From Arthrobacter sp. (GTDB taxonomy: Bacteria > Actinomycetota > Actinomycetes > Actinomycetales > Micrococcaceae), in contig DASWAW010000325.1 of assembly GCA_036390955.1 (NCBI GenBank), positions 1 through 52,551 on the forward strand: a DNA stretch of 52,551 nt, written 5' to 3'. Positions 9,635 to 19,197 of this stretch are shown one piece after another (position 1 is the first letter of the stretch; every line of letters starts with the position of its first letter). Under the pieces are notes generated by a model. That model had not been told where the DNA came from and ran no database searches. It saw only the letters and a program-made list of their open reading frames with translations. Position numbers and translations under genes: made by a program.

Positions 9635-10186
9635 TCAGGCTGCCAGGCGAAGACCGGACGTGTGGGCCGCCCGGTATGCCGCGGCCCAGGCTTCGATCGG
9701 GGCAATCAGGGTCGGCTCTCCCGGGCCGGCGAGCAGACCGACGCGCTCCAGCCGGTCCCAGGCACGGAAGCCGTGCGGGGCCTGGTCGGTCTTCACCCAT
9801 TTGAGGGCCTTGGAGACCATCGCGAACTCGGCGACCGGTTCCACCGGCACCGGCCAGCGGTCCGGGGCAACACAGGCGAGCCAGCGCACATGGCCGGCGC
9901 GGGCACCAAGGATCGGGAACATGCCCAGAGCGATTTCTTTGTCACCGTGGCCGGCCTGGACGACGGAACCGGATGCCGCGGCCCGGATTCCCGCGCCGGA
10001 GTCCTTCCATGCCTTCACCTGGATCGCGGCATCGGCCAGGACGTAGAGGTCGCCGATGTCTTCTGCCCGTCCGGCGCCCAGGTGCCGCATTGCTTTCGCG
10101 AGGGCGAACTCCGGGAGGAGGCCCACCATGACGGGGACCGCCTCGCGCTCGAAGCGGTCGCCTTTGTTCTTTGAAGTGTTAGCCAT
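9635..10186 (-). CDS. PD-(D/E)XK nuclease, phage Holliday-junction-resolvase-like
   Basis: NTSKNKGDRFERE...DIGD...IQVK pattern. Confidence 0.65.
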   Translation of the reverse strand: MANTSKNKGDRFEREAVPVMVGLLPEFALAKAMRHLGAGRAEDIGDLYVLADAAIQVKAWKDSGAGIRAAASGSVVQAGHGDKEIALGMFPILGARAGHVRWLACVAPDRWPVPVEPVAEFAMVSKALKWVKTDQAPHGFRAWDRLERVGLLAGPGEPTLIAPIEAWAAAYRAAHTSGLRLAA

Positions 10187-10194
10187 GCCAGTAA

Positions 10195-10217
10195 CTATGC
10201 GTAGACCTCACCGACGG
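10195..10217 (-). promoter_or_regulatory. Class A motif CCGTC-N11-CGCATAG
   Basis: CGCATA lies 9 nt before the ATG at 10186. Confidence 0.7.
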
Positions 10218-10261
10218 GGCGCCTGTACTGTCGCGAAAGGGGGCGCTAAGGCTACTTTGGA

Positions 10262-10285
10262 CCGTTCGCGAAGAATCTACGCATG
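10262..10285 (+). promoter_or_regulatory. Class B motif CCGTT-N13-CGCATG
   Basis: Upstream of the 10331 CDS. Confidence 0.55.
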
Positions 10286-10330
10286 CTCCATGACAGAGGC
10301 CACCACATCACGTACCAAGAGGATCTAAAC

Positions 10331-11227
10331 ATGGAAATCCGCCGCCGCCGCTCTTTCCTCACTGAACCAGGCGAAACGCTCCTGCTTTCCGACTCTGCCC
10401 TCGAATCCGCCGTGCGGCTTGCCGAGTGGCGCGAAGCGACCGGACTGGACACGTCGCGCATCGTTGCCGACGGCCTGACTGCCGTCCCGCTGCCGCTGTA
10501 CATGGCGACCCCTCCCGGCCCGCGCCAGTTCTCCGAGGTCAACCCCGCCATCATGTGGCACCCTCTGCTGTGGCTGCCGCCGCGCCTGTCCAACCGCTAC
10601 TCCGGGCTCCCGACCGGTGAGAACGGCGCCCCGGAGATCGAATCCAACGAACTCTGGTCCATCCGGATCGGCCTGGAACTGGCCATCTCTGGCCTGTACA
10701 ACGAGGACGAAGGCTGGCTGGACATCCTCGCCACCCTCGGCATCGACGTCGAAGACCCTTCCGATCTGGCCCGCATCGCCGAATGGCAGGCCGGCGCCCC
10801 GGACGAGATCCTGGACAACATCGACCTGGACTCCTACCTGCACTTGGAGGGGAACCCGAACTGGGCCCTGGAAAGCGCCCTTTCGTTGCTGGATCCGTTC
10901 ACCGAAGCCCAGTGGGCCCTGCGGGCCAACTCCCTCATCGAGATGATCCTCGAGGTCACCGACCCATCGGCGCCCACCGCCGCGCAGGACCTGCGCGACA
11001 CGATCCGGAACGCGGCAATCCTCGCCGGTGTCCAGCTCGCCGGCGTCTACGACGAAGAGGCCGATAGCTTCTGGTCCCGGATCGAGGCCGAAGCGTCCAC
11101 CGGGCAGTTCCCGAGCCTGGCCGCCTTCATGTCCGGCCCGGTCCTGGAAGCCAACTCCTGGCTGCACCGGGTCCGCGACACTTACTGGGGCACACTGGAC
11201 GAGCTCCAGACGCTGCAGACCGCCTAA
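10331..11227 (+). CDS. Hypothetical protein (acidic, Trp-rich)
   Basis: GC3-biased ORF; AGAGGA RBS before ATG 10331. Confidence 0.7.
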   Translation: MEIRRRRSFLTEPGETLLLSDSALESAVRLAEWREATGLDTSRIVADGLTAVPLPLYMATPPGPRQFSEVNPAIMWHPLLWLPPRLSNRYSGLPTGENGAPEIESNELWSIRIGLELAISGLYNEDEGWLDILATLGIDVEDPSDLARIAEWQAGAPDEILDNIDLDSYLHLEGNPNWALESALSLLDPFTEAQWALRANSLIEMILEVTDPSAPTAAQDLRDTIRNAAILAGVQLAGVYDEEADSFWSRIEAEASTGQFPSLAAFMSGPVLEANSWLHRVRDTYWGTLDELQTLQTA

Positions 11228-11230
11228 GGG

Positions 11231-12154
11231 ATGCTCGCCGTGCAGGAAACCTTCATTCCTGCCGGAGCGTGGCTGAAAGCAGATGGAACAGTCGACATAA
11301 CCGTCGGCGGCAAAGTGCTCGACGGTGGGTACGGCGTCAACATGCAGACCGCCATCCACGCGCTCCGGCGTTACGCGTCCCAGCACGGGCCGCTGCTGAT
11401 GACTACACTGCTGCCCGACGGCCGGTCCAACATGGATACTGTCCACCCGGACGGCACCGTCAAGAAGTACGACACTGCGCCGCACACGGTCCCCGCCCGC
11501 CCGCTCGGGCACGGGGCCGGAATCCACACTGAGCACCAGAACGGCTCTTCCCTGCCTCCTGTGCGGCAGAATCGTCCACTGGCACCGGCCGAGGGCCATG
11601 AATTCTTCAACTTTGGGCCAGCAGGGTCTCGCCCGCGACGGCAAATGCCGCCTGCAGAGGACATGGATTTCGGTCTCCCGCCGCGGTCACTGGCCCCGGC
11701 TGATGACGCGGACTTCTTCGGCCTGCCGCCATTGAAGGCCGATCATACGGTGCCCGGGGGTCACAACAGACCCGTCCGGGTGGATCCTTTCAGTGACCGG
11801 CCGGTGTTCCGCCCCACAGAGCACGCCCATGCCCCACGCCAGGACGGCCACATGACTCGGCCCCCGGACCGCGGCCTGGGCCTGCAGCGGAACCCAATAC
11901 TGCACCCGGTGGCGGTGACCCGGACAGAGGTCACCCCGGGGCGCCCGGCCCTGAGCGTGAAGGCTGTGGCCCTGGAACGACACCGGGCCGCGTCCCCACT
12001 GATGACCCTCGGCTTCGTCCTGGTGACCATGCTGCTCGCGGCTGCCCTGGTCATGTTCGGCCCCATGATCCTGCTGCACACCGGCGTCTGGGATCCGTTT
12101 CAGGCGTTGCACGGCGCGGCCGAGCCGGCCCGCCCGACGCCTTCGGCGCCCTAA
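11231..12154 (+). CDS. Hypothetical membrane protein (Pro-rich linker, C-terminal TM)
   Basis: ORF 3 nt downstream of the previous gene; hydrophobic C-terminal segment. Confidence 0.6.
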   Translation: MLAVQETFIPAGAWLKADGTVDITVGGKVLDGGYGVNMQTAIHALRRYASQHGPLLMTTLLPDGRSNMDTVHPDGTVKKYDTAPHTVPARPLGHGAGIHTEHQNGSSLPPVRQNRPLAPAEGHEFFNFGPAGSRPRRQMPPAEDMDFGLPPRSLAPADDADFFGLPPLKADHTVPGGHNRPVRVDPFSDRPVFRPTEHAHAPRQDGHMTRPPDRGLGLQRNPILHPVAVTRTEVTPGRPALSVKAVALERHRAASPLMTLGFVLVTMLLAAALVMFGPMILLHTGVWDPFQALHGAAEPARPTPSAP

Positions 12155-12175
12155 TGTCGAGCGGGGACGCCGCTG

Positions 12176-12184
12176 CCGCACACA
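12176..12184 (+). promoter_or_regulatory. Class C motif
   Basis: CGCACA lies 10 nt before ATG 12193. Confidence 0.6.
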
Positions 12185-12192
12185 TGCCGTTT

Positions 12193-12489
12193 ATGACCAC
12201 CAACGTGCAGCAGACCAGCGTTCTCGCCTACAAGAGCCTCACCCTGTCCGACCGGCAGACGGAGGTGCGCCGCGCGATCTCCTCGCTCGGCACCGCCTGC
12301 AACCAGCAGATCGCCGATTACCTGCACCTGCCTGTCAACCAGGTCACCGGCCGGGTCTTCGAACTGCGAGCCATGGGCGTCGTCATCTCATCCCACAAGG
12401 CCGTCTGGGCGCCGACCGGCAAGACCGTCATCTTCTGGCAGATTGCGCTCGGCACCCCGGCTGTCGCCACGGTGACCAGTCCCTCGTAG
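12193..12489 (+). CDS. Winged-HTH DNA-binding protein (phage-like)
   Basis: CNQQIADYLHLPVNQVTGRVFELRAMG HTH pattern. Confidence 0.65.
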   Translation: MTTNVQQTSVLAYKSLTLSDRQTEVRRAISSLGTACNQQIADYLHLPVNQVTGRVFELRAMGVVISSHKAVWAPTGKTVIFWQIALGTPAVATVTSPS

Positions 12490-12517
12490 CCTCGCCGGGT
12501 GAGAGCGGCCCGTCACG

Positions 12518-12526
12518 CCGCACACA
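12518..12526 (+). promoter_or_regulatory. Class C motif
   Basis: CGCACA lies 10 nt before ATG 12535. Confidence 0.55.
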
Positions 12527-12534
12527 TGAGCCCC

Positions 12535-12690
12535 ATGACTCCACACCCGCAGTTCCGCCCCGCGCGTGTCATTCCCGGCCCCGGCCCGGAGGACCACTAC
12601 GACTTCGAAGCGCGTCCCTTCACGACTGAACAGATGGATGAGCACAGCGACTGGCTGCTCTCATCGCCCGTCGGGTCCACCGGCGCATAG
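12535..12690 (+). CDS. Small hypothetical protein (51 aa)
   Basis: Short ORF supported mainly by motif spacing. Confidence 0.4.
   Translation: MTPHPQFRPARVIPGPGPEDHYDFEARPFTTEQMDEHSDWLLSSPVGSTGA
12668..12690 (+). promoter_or_regulatory. Class A motif upstream of dnaE
   Basis: CCGTC-N11-CGCATAG. Confidence 0.65.
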
Positions 12691-12771
12691 AACACACCAG
12701 AGGCACCGGCCGTAAGGCGCGGGCAGGGGTCCGCCGACCCCGTTTTCAGCACCACGGAAAGCAGCATCACT

Positions 12772-15700
12772 ATGGCGTTTGCCCACCTACATAATCACGG
12801 TGAAAACTCATCACTAGACGGACTTTCAAAGATTTCCACGATTGCCAAGACTGCTGCGGCCCTGGGCCAGACGGCCATGGCGCTTACGGACCACGGTTCA
12901 CTCTCGGGCGCGTGGAGGTTCACGAAGGCGTGCAAGGCTGCCGGGATCAAGCCCATCATCGGCATCGAAATCTACATGTCGATCGGGTCCCGGTTCGAGA
13001 AGAACTTCACCTGGGTGGACCGCAACGATGATGCCGACGCTGACACTGAGAACACGAAGACGGCGCAGAAGAAGAAGATCTACGAGCACCTGACCCTGCT
13101 GGCCCGCAATGAGGCCGGCTGGAAGTCCCTCCTGGCCCTGCACAACAAGGCCGAAGACTCCTACTGGATGAAGCCCCGCATCGACTTCGACCTGCTCAAA
13201 GAGCACGGCGAAGGTCTCATCATCCTTTCCGGCTGCCTCGGCGGCCCGGTGGCCGGACCACTGTCCCGTGCCGCTGCCGCGGAAAAGGCTGCAACCGAGG
13301 CCACGGCCGCCGGGATGAAAGCCACCGAAGCCGGTGACGACGACGCTGCGGTGCTGCTCGCCGCCACCGCCCAGGATTGCCTGGCCAAGGCAGCCGAGTT
13401 CGACGCCGAAGCGCGCACCGGCCTGAACCACATGATCGAGGCCGTCGGCAAGGACAACGTCTTCCTCGAAATCATGTACCACGGCATCGAAGCCGAACGC
13501 GATGTCCTGAACCGGATCCGGGCGCTGTCCAAGGAAACCGGCATCCCGCTGGTCGCCACCAACGACTGCCACTACGAGCACGCAGATGACACCACCGCGC
13601 ACGAAGGCTTCCTGGCTGTCGGCTCCGGCAAGACCCTGGATGACCCGGCCCGCTTCAAATTCAACGGCTCCGGCTACTACATCAAGTCCGAAGAGGAAAT
13701 GCTCGCCGTCGTGCCCCGCGGCTGGTGGGCCGAAGCGTGTGCCCAGACCCAGATCATCGCCGACATGTGCGAGGAGCAGGTCATCCCGACCCCGCACCAG
13801 CGGCTCCCCAAATTCCCGGTTCCGGCAGAGTTCGCCGACTCCGACGCCTACCTCAAGCACCTCTCCAAAGAAGGCGCCGTCGAGCGTTACGGCTACGACA
13901 AGGAGTCCAAGGCGCGGATTCCCCTCTCGACCGAGGTCAAGGAACGTCTCAAGGTCGAGCTGGACATCATCGCCGAGATGGGTTTCCCCGACTACTTCCT
14001 CATCGTGTGGGACCTCATCAACTGGTGCCGCTCCGACGCGCCCATCGAATTCGACAACCCGGACGCTCCCCGGAAGAAGCCGATCCTCGTAGGCCCGGGC
14101 CGCGGCTCCGCGGCAGGCTCCGCCGTGTCCTACTGCCTGCAGATCGTCGGCATCGACCCACTGGAGAACAACCTCCTGTTCGAGCGGTTCCTGGAACCGG
14201 GCCGCGCCGGCATGCCCGACATTGACGTCGACTTCGAAATGCTCCGCCGCCCCGAGGTCTTCGCCTACGCCGGTTACCGCTGGGGCAAGGGCAACGTCGC
14301 GCGCATTGGTACGTTCGGCGTCGCGCTGTCCAAGGCCGCCATCCAGGACGCTGCCCGCATCCTGAAGCCCTCCACCCCGCCCCAGGAAATCAAGGACGCC
14401 GCCGAGGCCCTCTTCAAGTCCGGCAACCGCGGCGAAGGTGCGGCGCTGCTCAAAGACGCGAACAAGGCCGTCGACGAGCGGGCCTCCCACATGCTGCGCC
14501 TGGGCAAGAAGATGTCCGAGCTGGTCCCCGCGTCCGGTGAGAAGGCCTACACGCTCACCGCCTTGGAGGACACCTCCGACGCGGCCGGTGAAGCCTTCCG
14601 GGAGCTCGTTGCCGCCGAAGGCCAGGACGCCCAGGACATCCTGGAGTTGGCCCGATCCTTCGAGGGCGTCATCAAGGGTGAATCCATCCACGCCTGCGGC
14701 TTCGTCATCTCCCCCGAACCGCTCGATGACCTGGTGCCGCTGCGTTACGCCTCGCACTCTGTCGACGCTGACCCGGCCGCGCCGCGCGTCATCTGCTGGG
14801 ACGGTCCCGAAGTCGAGGACTACGGTTTCCTGAAGATGGACATCCTGGGCCTGATGAACCTGGACATCGTCTCCTCCACCCTTGCCAACATCGAGATGAC
14901 CACCGGCGAGGTCGTCACGATGGATTCCATCCCGCACGCGGACACCCAGGGTGATCCGAAGGTCCAGGCTGCCTATGACCTGATCGCCGCGGGCCGTACC
15001 GCCGGAGTGTTCCAAATGGAATCCCCCGGCATGATCAAGATCGCCCAGGACGTCGTCCCGGCATCCCTCACCGACCTTTCCGCCATCGTCGCCCTGTTCC
15101 GTCCGGGTCCGCTGGCTGCCAAGGTCCCGGACCGCTACGCCGCGCGCAAAAACGGTCTCGAAGACGTCGACTACAACCAGTTCACCGCGAACCCGATGGA
15201 ACAGGAATGGATCGCGAAGGTCCTCGGCGACACCTACGGCGTGTTCGTGTTCCAGGAATCGCTGATGCGCCTGGGCACCGTCATCGCCGGGTTCGACGCC
15301 TCCCAGCGCTCCGTGCTGCGTAAGGCTGTTGGCAAGAAGGATGCGAAGAAGATGGCCGAGGTCGGCAAGATGCTGGCTGCCGGCGCCGAGCAGGAATTCT
15401 TTGACGAGGACGGGGTGATGATCTCCCCGAAGTTTGCCGCGAAAACCGCCGCCCACATGTTCGAGCTCATGAAGGGTTCCGCGTCGTACCTTTTCAACGC
15501 CTCCCACTCGGCCGCCTACGCCCACCTGGCGTACGTGACCGCCTACCTGAAGGCCAACTGGCCGGTCGAATACTCCGCCTCGATCCTCTCCGTCGTGGAC
15601 ACGAACAAGCCGGAGAAGCGCCTCACCGCGCTGCAGTCGCTCCGCGCCGATGACATCACGGTCCTGGCTCCTGACGTGAACGCCTCACGGGCCCGCACCG

Positions 15701-17043
15701 CTCCGGTCAACGGCAACGTCCAGATGGGCCTCGCCGAGGTCAAGGACGTCGGCGCAGTCGGCCACCACATCGTCACCGAGCGGGAGAAGAACGGCCAGTT
15801 CAAGGACCTCCACGACCTGATGACCCGGGTGATCACCCCGGGCAAGAACGGCGGCTACGACGCCAAGCTGGCCTCCGGTGCCGTCCAGGGTCTCATCGAG
15901 GCCGGCGCGCTGGACGAGTTCGGTCCCCGGCTGGGCCTGCTCATGACGATGCGTGCCGCCCACAAGGGCGCCATCACACCGGTCGAGGCCGCCTGGAACG
16001 ACGTGGAAATGTCCACCCGCCAGCGGTTCCGTCTCGGAGTGTCCCTGGGCATCCACCCGCTGACGTCCATGAAGGATGAGCTCAAGACCTGGCGGACCCC
16101 GGTCCGCGACGAGTACACCGGCGAATCCGTGGGCCGCACCCTGTCCCCGCTGCACAAGATCTCCGACCGGGACGGGGCCTCCGTCCTGACCGTCGGCGTC
16201 GTGTCCATGTGGGAAGAGAAAGGCTACTCGGGAGGCCGCCGCGCCAACTTCACGCTCGAATCCTCCACCGACGCCATCGGCGGGGTCGTCTGGGACCGCA
16301 CCCTCTCCGCGCTCCGGCGCCAGGGCACCGTCCCCAAAGTCGGCGACGTCGTGGCCGTTTCGGGCCGGGTCAAAGTCCGCGCCACCGTCGTCGGCGACGA
16401 AGAGACCGGCACCCAGGACACCATCACCACCAAGGAACTGAACATCAGCGAAATCTGGCCGATCAACACCGGCGCCGAACCTGTCATCAACCTGCCCGAG
16501 AACGTCTTCGACTTCGGCACCGCCTACAAGAAGCTCCGCGCCCTGGCGCCCGCCCCAGTCCCGCCCAAAGGCGGCAAGGACAAGGACACCACTCCAGCAC
16601 CGGCCATCGAGGCAGAGCCAACCGGGGCGACCGTGACCGTCCTGGACGAACACCGGAAGCAGAGCCGCGGCTGGGTCGCTGTGTCTGTAGGCCTGTTCAA
16701 GAACTCCCTCGTGGACGGCCGGATCATCGGCGGCAGCGAAGAGGTCAAAGAACGGCACAAGGCGGTCGGCATCCCGATCAAGTGGACCCAGGAATGTAAG
16801 GGCATGATCCTGCGCGGTCTCAGCACCGAAGGGGACCGGCTGATCGTCATCGTCAAGGGCGGCGCCCTCAGGCCTGAGGAAATGCTCGAGCTCGCCCAGC
16901 GCAACGAGGAAGACCCGTCCCGGTGGGTCGCCCAGGATTCCGGCGGCTCCACCGCCGGATTGAAGTCCAAATACACGTGGACGCGGATGACGGCTGAGGC
17001 CGGCTCCTCCGCCATGGAGCCGGAACTGGCAGAAGCAGTGTGA
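12772..17043 (+). CDS. dnaE: DNA polymerase III alpha subunit
   Basis: HLHNH...TDHG PHP domain, GPGRGSAAGS, PDIDVDF catalytic motif, KMDILGL, FNASHSAAY, OB fold. Confidence 0.95.
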   Translation: MAFAHLHNHGENSSLDGLSKISTIAKTAAALGQTAMALTDHGSLSGAWRFTKACKAAGIKPIIGIEIYMSIGSRFEKNFTWVDRNDDADADTENTKTAQKKKIYEHLTLLARNEAGWKSLLALHNKAEDSYWMKPRIDFDLLKEHGEGLIILSGCLGGPVAGPLSRAAAAEKAATEATAAGMKATEAGDDDAAVLLAATAQDCLAKAAEFDAEARTGLNHMIEAVGKDNVFLEIMYHGIEAERDVLNRIRALSKETGIPLVATNDCHYEHADDTTAHEGFLAVGSGKTLDDPARFKFNGSGYYIKSEEEMLAVVPRGWWAEACAQTQIIADMCEEQVIPTPHQRLPKFPVPAEFADSDAYLKHLSKEGAVERYGYDKESKARIPLSTEVKERLKVELDIIAEMGFPDYFLIVWDLINWCRSDAPIEFDNPDAPRKKPILVGPGRGSAAGSAVSYCLQIVGIDPLENNLLFERFLEPGRAGMPDIDVDFEMLRRPEVFAYAGYRWGKGNVARIGTFGVALSKAAIQDAARILKPSTPPQEIKDAAEALFKSGNRGEGAALLKDANKAVDERASHMLRLGKKMSELVPASGEKAYTLTALEDTSDAAGEAFRELVAAEGQDAQDILELARSFEGVIKGESIHACGFVISPEPLDDLVPLRYASHSVDADPAAPRVICWDGPEVEDYGFLKMDILGLMNLDIVSSTLANIEMTTGEVVTMDSIPHADTQGDPKVQAAYDLIAAGRTAGVFQMESPGMIKIAQDVVPASLTDLSAIVALFRPGPLAAKVPDRYAARKNGLEDVDYNQFTANPMEQEWIAKVLGDTYGVFVFQESLMRLGTVIAGFDASQRSVLRKAVGKKDAKKMAEVGKMLAAGAEQEFFDEDGVMISPKFAAKTAAHMFELMKGSASYLFNASHSAAYAHLAYVTAYLKANWPVEYSASILSVVDTNKPEKRLTALQSLRADDITVLAPDVNASRARTAPVNGNVQMGLAEVKDVGAVGHHIVTEREKNGQFKDLHDLMTRVITPGKNGGYDAKLASGAVQGLIEAGALDEFGPRLGLLMTMRAAHKGAITPVEAAWNDVEMSTRQRFRLGVSLGIHPLTSMKDELKTWRTPVRDEYTGESVGRTLSPLHKISDRDGASVLTVGVVSMWEEKGYSGGRRANFTLESSTDAIGGVVWDRTLSALRRQGTVPKVGDVVAVSGRVKVRATVVGDEETGTQDTITTKELNISEIWPINTGAEPVINLPENVFDFGTAYKKLRALAPAPVPPKGGKDKDTTPAPAIEAEPTGATVTVLDEHRKQSRGWVAVSVGLFKNSLVDGRIIGGSEEVKERHKAVGIPIKWTQECKGMILRGLSTEGDRLIVIVKGGALRPEEMLELAQRNEEDPSRWVAQDSGGSTAGLKSKYTWTRMTAEAGSSAMEPELAEAV

Positions 17044-17074
17044 CCCTGGCGGCCGGGGAGGGCATTCCCGGCCG

Positions 17075-17083
17075 CCGCACACA
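17075..17083 (+). promoter_or_regulatory. Class C motif
   Basis: Upstream of the 17150 CDS; overlaps hairpin 17048..17076. Confidence 0.5.
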
Positions 17084-17149
17084 TGGGGTGAAGCCGGCAG
17101 AACACTGCCGGTAAAGCCCCGGCCGCGACGAGCGGCAGACAGGATCCCA

Positions 17150-17443
17150 GTGACCTCCCCCGCGAACAAGCCACAGCCCGCCGCCGACACGATGCTTGCA
17201 GCCCTCACAGTGCTGGAGCGCCTCGATTCCGGCGACTACCCCTCTGTGGACGTCCTCATGGACTCCATTGACACCCGCGAGTTGTCCATCGGCCTGGTCG
17301 ATGTCGCCCGCTTCATGGCTTCCATGCTCGCCAACGCAGGTCAGACCGATTCCCCGACCGTGTACGGCCACGTCCGCTCGACCATTCACGGGCTCGTCAG
17401 CGACGGCTCCTTCGGTGCCGGATCGTTCGAGCTCCCCGCCTGA
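17150..17443 (+). CDS. Hypothetical protein
   Basis: GTG start with AGGA RBS; codon bias. Confidence 0.55.
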   Translation: MTSPANKPQPAADTMLAALTVLERLDSGDYPSVDVLMDSIDTRELSIGLVDVARFMASMLANAGQTDSPTVYGHVRSTIHGLVSDGSFGAGSFELPA

Positions 17444-17505
17444 CCACCCAGCTTCCGCCCAGGCCGCTCCCCCGTTTAGACGGGTCAGGGCGGCCTTTCG
17501 CGTAC

Positions 17506-17663
17506 CTGCAGAAAACGACACCCGTCGGGACATGCGACGCATAGAAAGACCGAGGCCAAAAGCGATTGCGGCCCCGACCGTTCCACCTCGCGTCAACTGC
17601 AGAAAACGACACCCGTCGGGACATGCGACGCATAGAAAGACCGAGGCCAAAAGCGATTGCGGC
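17506..17663 (+). repeat. Two identical 67-bp direct repeats (17506..17572, 17597..17663), each containing a class A motif
   Basis: CTGCAGAAAACGACACCCGTCGGGACATGCGACGCATAGAAAGACCGAGGCCAAAAGCGATTGCGGC x2, 91-bp period. Confidence 0.9.
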
Positions 17664-17707
17664 GGCCTCACCCCGCAGCCCAGATGGGCCATACGAAAGG
17701 CATTACC

Positions 17708-18196
17708 TTGACCTACAACGTCCCCTTCATCGGTAACCTCGTCAGCGACCCGAAGGAAGCTCTCCAGACCGACACGAAGTCCGGCACTCCCCGCCTGAAC
17801 TTCCGCATCGGCATCAACTCCGGTGAGCGCGGCACGGACAGCGAGAAGAAGAACTTCTACAGCTTCACGGCGTTCGGCTCCGTCGCCGAGAACATGGCCG
17901 CTTCCCTCGGCAAGGGCGACCGCGTCATCGTCCTCGCCCGCATCGACACCTTCGTGAAGGAAGTCCAGATCAAGGGCGAGGACGTCAACCTGACGATCCC
18001 CTCGTTCAAGGCCAACAACGTGGCTCCCGATCTGACCTGGGCCACGGCCAAGGTGTCCAAGACCCCGAAGAAGGCGACCAACTCGGACGCCGGCTACGGC
18101 AACGAGGACGCTGCCCCGGCCGCTCCCGCCAAAAAGGCTCCGGCCAAGGCAGCTCCGGCCGCCGCGGCAGCTGCTGACGAGGACGACGACTTCTAA
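17708..18196 (+). CDS. ssb: Single-stranded DNA-binding protein
   Basis: IGNLVSDP...AENMAASLGKGDRVIV OB fold; acidic tail DEDDDF; TTG start with GAAAGG RBS. Confidence 0.9.
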   Translation: MTYNVPFIGNLVSDPKEALQTDTKSGTPRLNFRIGINSGERGTDSEKKNFYSFTAFGSVAENMAASLGKGDRVIVLARIDTFVKEVQIKGEDVNLTIPSFKANNVAPDLTWATAKVSKTPKKATNSDAGYGNEDAAPAAPAKKAPAKAAPAAAAAADEDDDF

Positions 18197-18211
18197 GCCG
18201 TCCCCGCACCG

Positions 18212-18249
18212 ACAGGCCCCGTTCCACCTTCGGGTGGGGCGGGGCCTGT
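18212..18249 (+). terminator. Rho-independent terminator after ssb
   Basis: ACAGGCCCCG...CGGGGCCTGT followed by TTT. Confidence 0.7.
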
Positions 18250-18268
18250 TTTGTGCCGTCTACGCATG
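18246..18268 (+). promoter_or_regulatory. Class B motif (weak upstream box)
   Basis: TCTACGCATG upstream of the HNH gene. Confidence 0.45.
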
Positions 18269-18312
18269 TTCTCCACGGCAGGACACCACGACCACAGAAT
18301 CGAAACCGCACG

Positions 18313-18801
18313 ATGAACACGCTGAGCCCGGACTCCTTACTGACCGCCCTCACCGACGGCGCTGCCGGAGTGCTGCACCTGGTCACCGACTTGGCCAGCA
18401 CGAATCCGACACTGCTGATGGTGGCCGGTGCGTTCATCCTCCTGGCCCTCATCATCCGCGGCGTGGCGCGGTCCCGCAAAGCCCCGACGGATCCGAGCCG
18501 GCTGTTCTCAGCGAACCAGCGCGCCGAAGGCTTCTCCCGCGCAGGAGGCCGGTGCGAACTAGAAGGCTGGGGTTTCACCCGGTGTCGGCGCCCGGCCAGC
18601 CATGGCGACCACCACTTCCCCTGGTCCAAGGGCGGCTCGACGTCCATGGCCAACTTTGTCGCCGCGTGCGCGAAGTGCAATACCTCCAAGGGCGCGAAAG
18701 TGCCTGGCTTCTTCGTCACGCTCCGCATGCAGACCCGGCGCCGCAGATACTTCCCGCGCGGCTCCGTGGTGGCTGCTGGTGAACGCTTCACCCAGCGATA
18801 G
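18313..18801 (+). CDS. Membrane-anchored HNH endonuclease
   Basis: N-terminal TM; C..C, DHHFPWSKGG...N...CAKCN. Confidence 0.8.
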   Translation: MNTLSPDSLLTALTDGAAGVLHLVTDLASTNPTLLMVAGAFILLALIIRGVARSRKAPTDPSRLFSANQRAEGFSRAGGRCELEGWGFTRCRRPASHGDHHFPWSKGGSTSMANFVAACAKCNTSKGAKVPGFFVTLRMQTRRRRYFPRGSVVAAGERFTQR

Positions 18802-19135
18802 CCGACGACCCACACCCGACGAAAGGCCGCCAATCTCTTCACTTCCCGCCCCGCTTCCCGGACAACTTTGGGCTCTTGATGGGATACCCGGCCATCGGCA
18901 CGGCGTCTTCATCGGTGAGGGCTGCTGGAAGATCCTGGTCCGCAGCGACGCCGGCGAATACTCGCTGGCCCCCGCCTTCCACGCCGCACCGCTTGTCATG
19001 TCACCGGTTCAGCCCCACGGGGCTCACTGGGCCGACGAGTTCGATGCCCTCGCCCGGGCCGATGGGCTCGCGATCACCTGGGCGGATGAAATCCGCTCCT
19101 ACCAGCAGGACGCCCTGGAGCTTCTGGCCAACTGA
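18779..19135 (+). CDS. Hypothetical protein (start uncertain)
   Basis: 3' part of ORF 18602..19135 fills the gap between genes. Confidence 0.45.
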   Translation: MNASPSDSRRPTPDERPPISSLPAPLPGQLWALDGIPGHRHGVFIGEGCWKILVRSDAGEYSLAPAFHAAPLVMSPVQPHGAHWADEFDALARADGLAITWADEIRSYQQDALELLAN

Positions 19136-19164
19136 ACGGGCCCTTCCGGCCGGGCAGGTGATGA

Positions 19165-19188
19165 GCGTCGGCCCAAAATCTGCGCATG
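19165..19188 (+). promoter_or_regulatory. Class B motif GCGTC-N13-CGCATG
   Basis: CGCATG lies 9 nt before ATG 19198. Confidence 0.6.
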
Positions 19189-19197
19189 TTCCCTGGC

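Noticed and set aside
12898-15525. 875-aa antisense ORF
   Set aside because: Shadow of dnaE caused by high GC3 bias; no recognisable motifs.
12772-17043. Intein in dnaE or DnaE2 mutasome
   Set aside because: No intein terminal motifs; PHP residues are intact; no imuA/imuB.
17506-17663. CRISPR array
   Set aside because: Only two 67-bp units, no cas genes, and each unit contains a promoter motif.
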